From Acetobacteraceae bacterium (GTDB taxonomy: Bacteria > Pseudomonadota > Alphaproteobacteria > Acetobacterales > Acetobacteraceae): 64,000 bases of DNA. Under the pieces are notes generated by a model. The model had not been told where the DNA came from and made no database searches. It was given only the letters and a program-made list of their open reading frames with translations. Of this stretch, positions 59,782 through 64,000 are shown one piece after another (within the stretch, counting starts at the first letter, position 1; each line of letters begins with the position of its first letter). The stretch covers positions 5,655 through 69,654 of the forward strand of contig JAVQZW010000005.1 in NCBI GenBank assembly GCA_033582875.1, written 5' to 3'. A program made the translations under genes and the position numbers.

Positions 59782-62139
59782 CCGCTCCCAATAGCGCGGC
59801 CGCGGCGCGCAAGCAGCACCGCATTTCCCACCACCGAGAGGGAGGAGAGCGCCATCGCCGCCCCCGCAAGGGCGGGCGAGAGGAACCCGGCGGCAGCCAG
59901 CGGCAGAGCGGCGATGTTGTAGGCGAAGGCGAAGACGAGGTTGCCGCGGATGGTGGCGAGCGTGGCCCTTGCCAGCGCGATCGCCTCTGCGGCGAGACCC
60001 GGGTCCGGGCGCAGAAGGGCGACGGCGGCGACGGCGAGAGCCGAGTCCGCTCCCCCTGCCATGGCGATGCCGAGATCGGCCTCGGCGAGGGCAGCGGTGT
60101 CGTTGACGCCATCGCCCACCATCGCCACCCGCCGGCCCGCCCGGCGCAAGGCGGCGACACGCTCCGCCTTGGCCTCCGGGTCAAGCTCGGTCTCGACCCG
60201 CTCGATCCCGACGGCCCGGGCGACGGCGCGTGCCGGGGCCGGAGCGTCGCCGGTGAGCAGGATCGGCTCGCAGCCGAGCGCCCGCACCCGCGCCACCGCC
60301 TCCGCCGCCCCTGGCCGGATCGGGTCGGCGAGCGCGATCGCGCCGAGCGCGCGCCCGCGCTCGACCAGGAACACCACCGTCGCCCCACGCGCCTCCTCCC
60401 TCGCCACGAAAGCGGAGAAGGGGGAGAGGTCGGCGACAAAGCTGCGGGCGAGCCGCGCATTGCCGAGCGCGATTGCGCGCCCCTCGACCACCCCGCGCAC
60501 GCCCTGGCCGGGAACGCTTTCTGCCTCCGCCGCGGGCGCCGCCGCGACCCCTGCCCGCTCCGCCGCGCGCAGGATCGCCGCCGCGAAGGGGTGCGCGCTC
60601 GCCGCCTGCAAGGCGGCGGCAGCCGCGAGCACGCCCTCCTCGCCCGCCACCGCCACCACCTCGGGCCTTGCCTCCGTCAGCGTGCCCGTCTTGTCGAAGA
60701 CAACGGTGTCGAGCCCCCGCGCGCGCTCCAGTGCGGCGGCGTCGCGGATCAGGATTCCGCGTCGCGCGGCGGCACCCACCCCCGCGACCAGAGCGGCCGG
60801 CGTGGCGAGGCCGAGCGCGCAGGGGCAGGCGACGACGAGGACCGAGACGGCGTGCACCACCGCACGGTCGATCGCCGCGCCAACCGCAAGCCACACGACC
60901 AGCGTCGCCGCCGCCAGCACAAGCACGGCGGGGACGAACACCGCAGCGACGCGATCGACCAGGGCCTGGATCGGCGGCTTGCTCGCCTGCGCGGCGCGCA
61001 CGCGGGCAAGCACGCGGCCGAGCAGCGTGCCCTCGCCCACCGCGGTGACGCGGACCACCACCGCCGCCGACCCGTTCACCGCACCCGCCACCACGGCATC
61101 GCCCTGCTGTTTCGCCACCGGCAGGCTCTCGCCGGTGATCAGGCTCTCGTCGGCCTCCGTCTGGCCTTGCGCGATCACGCCGTCGGCCGGGAAGGCCTCG
61201 CCGGGGCGGACACGGACGAGATCGCCCGCGCGCAGGGCGGAGACGGGCACGCGGCGTTCCCGCCCGTCCGGTTCGAGGCGCATCGCCTCCGCCGGACGAA
61301 GCCCGGCGAGCGCCTCGATGGCGGCGGCCGCCGAGCGTTTCGCCCGCTCCTCCAGCGCCTTGCCGAAGAGGACGAAGGCGATGACGAGGACGGAGGCCTC
61401 GAAATACAGCGGCCCGCCCGCCACGAGATGCCACGCGGAAAGCGCGAAGGCCGCCGTGGTGCCCAGCGCGACGAGCTGGTCCATGGTGCCCGCCTGCAGC
61501 GCGCAGCGCGCGCCACGCGCCCCGATAGAACCGCGCCCCGGCGAGAAGCTGCACCGAGGCGGCGAGAGCGAGCTGGACCCAGCCCGGCAAGAGGTGCCTG
61601 CCGGAGAGATGGGCAAGCATGTCGGCGAGGAAGGGGATTGCGGCGAGGAGGGAGAGCGCGAGCAAGGCCCGCTCGCCTCGCCCTGCTGCGGTCTCCTTGC
61701 CCTCGCCGGCCGCGAGGAGGGCGGCGCGATAGCCGGCCCGTTCCACGGCAGCAATGAGAGCGGCGGGATCGACCGCACCGCGCGCCACCCGAACCTCGGC
61801 AAGCCCCGAGGCCGCCTTCACCGACGCCCCGAACACGCCCGGCACGGCGACGAGCGCCCGTTCGGCGTTGCGCGCGCACCCCTCGCCCGTCAGCCCATCG
61901 ACCGTGAGGGCGACCACCTCCTCCGCCACGCCGAAGCCCGCCCGCGCCAGCGCCTCGGCGAGGGCCCGCGTGTCCGTCCGCCCGGGGTCGTAGACGAGCT
62001 CCGCCGTGCGCGTGGCGAAAGAGACCGACGCCGAGGCGACGCCGTCGACGGCGGCCAAGGCGCGCTCCGCCCGCGCGGCACAGCCCCCGCAGGAGAGGCC
62101 TTCGAGCGGCAGGCAGAGGCGCGGCAGGGTGGCGTCCAT
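59778..62139 (-). CDS. copA: Heavy-metal (Cu+) translocating P1B-type ATPase (frameshift ~61505)
   Basis: HMA CGGC, TGES, CPC, DKTGT, HP, GDGVND, YN and MALSS motifs of P1B-1. Confidence 0.9.
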
Positions 62140-62236
62140 GCCGCGATCCTCCCACGCAGCAAGGCCCGGACAAGCGGGGAGGATCGGGTCCCGCCCGTTG
62201 ACCCGCCTCACGCCGGCCCGCATCCTCCGCCGCCCG

Positions 62237-62833
62237 ATGATCCTTCTGATCGACAATTACGACAGTTTCACCTTCAACCTGTTCCACCTCATCGGCGGGC
62301 TCGGCGAGAGGGTCGAGGTGGCGCGCAACGACACGCTCACCGTGGCGGAGGCGCTGGCGCGCGGCCCGGAGGCGATCGTCATCTCGCCCGGGCCCTGCGA
62401 CCCCGACCGGGCCGGCATCTCGCTGGAGCTGATCCGCGCCGCGGCGGGCCGGGTGGCCGTGCTCGGCGTCTGCCTCGGCCATCAGGCGATCGGCCAGGCC
62501 TTCGGCGGGCGCGTGGTGCGCGCACCCGAGCCCTGGCACGGCAAGGTGGACTTCGTGCATCACGCAGGAGAGGGATTGTTCGCCGGCCTGCCGTCCCCCT
62601 TCCGCGCCACCCGCTACCACTCGCTCGTGGTCGACCGCGCGAGCCTGCCCGAGACGCTTGCGGTGACGGCGTGGAACGACCAAGGCCTGATCATGGGGCT
62701 TCGCCACCGCCTCTTTCCGATCTTCGGCGTGCAGTTCCACCCCGAAAGCATCGCTTCCGAACACGGTGCGGCCATCGTCAGCACCTTCCTCGCCCTCGCG
62801 CGCGGTCGCAACCGGGTGGCGGAACCGGCATGA
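62237..62833 (+). CDS. trpG: Anthranilate synthase component II (glutamine amidotransferase)
   Basis: [30 protein letters not shown]. Confidence 0.96.
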   Translation: MILLIDNYDSFTFNLFHLIGGLGERVEVARNDTLTVAEALARGPEAIVISPGPCDPDRAGISLELIRAAAGRVAVLGVCLGHQAIGQAFGGRVVRAPEPWHGKVDFVHHAGEGLFAGLPSPFRATRYHSLVVDRASLPETLAVTAWNDQGLIMGLRHRLFPIFGVQFHPESIASEHGAAIVSTFLALARGRNRVAEPA

Positions 62834-63876
62834 GCCCCTCCCCTCTGCCCTCGCTCAAGCCGGTGATCGCGCGGCTTGCCGAGGGAGCGACGCTGACGGA
62901 GGCCGAGGCCGAGGCCGCCTTCGACACGCTGATGGCAGGCGAAGCCACCCCGGCGCAGATCGCCGCCCTCCTGATGGCGCTGCGGCTGCGCGGCGAGACG
63001 GTGGAGGAGATCGTCGGCGCGGCACGGGCCATGCGCGCGCGCATGCTGACGATCGCGGCCCCGCCCGGAGCGATCGACGTCTGCGGCACCGGAGGCGATG
63101 CGCAAGGCACCCTGAACATCTCCACCGCGGTCGCCTTCGTCGTCGCAGGCTGCGGCGTGCCGGTCGCCAAGCACGGCAACCGCGCCATTTCCTCGCGTTC
63201 GGGCGGCGCCGACGTGCTTGCGGCCCTCGGGGTGGCGATCGACGCTCCTTTTGCCGTGCTGGAGCAGGCGTTGCGCGAGATCGGGGTCGCCTTCCTGATG
63301 GCGCCGCGCCACCACGTGGCGATGCGGCACGTCGCCGGCCCGCGGGTCGAGCTCGGCATCCGCACGGTGTTCAACCTGCTCGGGCCGCTCGCCAACCCTG
63401 CCCGCGTGCGCCGGCAGCTGACGGGCGTGTTCTCCCGCGCCTGGCTTGCCCCGCTCGCCGAGACCCTGGGCCGGCTCGGCGCCGAGCGTGCCTGGGTGGT
63501 GCACGGCTCGGACGGGCTCGATGAGCTCACGGTGACCGGGGAAAGCCACGTCGCCGAGTGGCACGAGGGCAGGGTGCGCGAGTTCATCGTCCGTCCGCAG
63601 GATGCCGGGCTGCCCGTGTCGCTTCCCGCCGCGCTGAAGGGGGGCGAGGCAGCGGAGAACGCGGAGGCGCTGCGCGCGGTGCTCGCCGGCATGGCGGGGC
63701 CGTATCGTGACGCCGTCGTTCTGAACGCCGCGGCCGCCCTCATCGTCGCCGGCCGCGCGCAGGACCTTCGCCAGGGGGCGGCGATGGCGGCGGAGGCGAT
63801 CGATTCGGGGCGCGCGAAGTCCGCCCTGGAGCGGCTTGTCTCGCTCACCCGCGGGGGAGCGGAGGCGTCGCCGTGA
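62830..63876 (+). CDS. trpD: Anthranilate phosphoribosyltransferase
   Basis: CGTGGD, NIST, KHGNR..SS.SG.AD, FNLLGPL.NP, DGLDE. Confidence 0.97.
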   Translation: MSPSPLPSLKPVIARLAEGATLTEAEAEAAFDTLMAGEATPAQIAALLMALRLRGETVEEIVGAARAMRARMLTIAAPPGAIDVCGTGGDAQGTLNISTAVAFVVAGCGVPVAKHGNRAISSRSGGADVLAALGVAIDAPFAVLEQALREIGVAFLMAPRHHVAMRHVAGPRVELGIRTVFNLLGPLANPARVRRQLTGVFSRAWLAPLAETLGRLGAERAWVVHGSDGLDELTVTGESHVAEWHEGRVREFIVRPQDAGLPVSLPAALKGGEAAENAEALRAVLAGMAGPYRDAVVLNAAAALIVAGRAQDLRQGAAMAAEAIDSGRAKSALERLVSLTRGGAEASP

Positions 63877-64000
63877 CCGAGATCCCCGACGCGCTCGCCC
63901 GCATCTGCGCCCGCACGCGGGCCGACCTTGCCGCGCGCAAGGAGGCTGTGCCTGTGGCCGAACTCGAACGACGCGCCGCCGATGCCGGGCCGCCGCGCGG
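63873..64000 (+). CDS. trpC: Indole-3-glycerol phosphate synthase (N-terminal fragment, runs off window)
   Basis: GTGA overlap with trp[18 protein letters not shown]...PPR resembles the TrpC N-terminus. Confidence 0.75.
   Translation, partial: MTEIPDALARICARTRADLAARKEAVPVAELERRAADAGPPR

Noticed and set aside
59941-63876. 1311-aa ORF ending in TrpD
   Set aside because: The upstream part is the antisense shadow of copA in GC-rich DNA. TrpD starts at 62830.

Overview
Very GC-rich alphaproteobacterial chromosome segment. Gene order and content suggest an Acetobacterales/Rhodospirillales-type organism (inference). From left to right it contains six blocks. (1) 1-8.9 kb: a family-5 ABC importer with at least three tandem binding proteins resembling the agrocinopine/sugar-phosphate receptor AccA, followed by a cytoplasmic alkaline-phosphatase-superfamily enzyme. 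(2) 9.7-27.9 kb: a light/oxidative-damage locus. The ligase/exonuclease/Lhr/PdeM DNA-damage module is translationally coupled to a CPD photolyase and to homologues of the Rhodobacter furan-fatty-acid genes (COG2907 oxidoreductase, DUF1365, Cfa-like methylase, MFS, DUF3833), with a Pnkp/PrpE-like phosphoesterase inserted. A converging operon carries an FeS-BCP (6-4) photolyase and two SDRs, and a FlaG-like gene with a perfect CtrA box lies between the two operons. (3) sixA/CHAD, mlaC/mlaA, smpB, dapA, slt, a HAD lacking its catalytic Asp, a hydrolase, pgpA, cinA. (4) ech, ltaE, DUF465, ratA, lipA, lpd, pdhCBA, ftsB, eno, an HtrA protease, kdsA, pyrG, secG, tpiA. (5) ppiD and trpE. (6) A reverse-strand insert (secreted protein, amidase, small membrane protein, copA), then trpG, trpD and the start of trpC. 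Many genes, including essential ones, carry single-base frameshifts that most likely reflect unpolished long-read errors rather than real pseudogenes. I saw no rRNA, tRNA, CRISPR array or mobile element.
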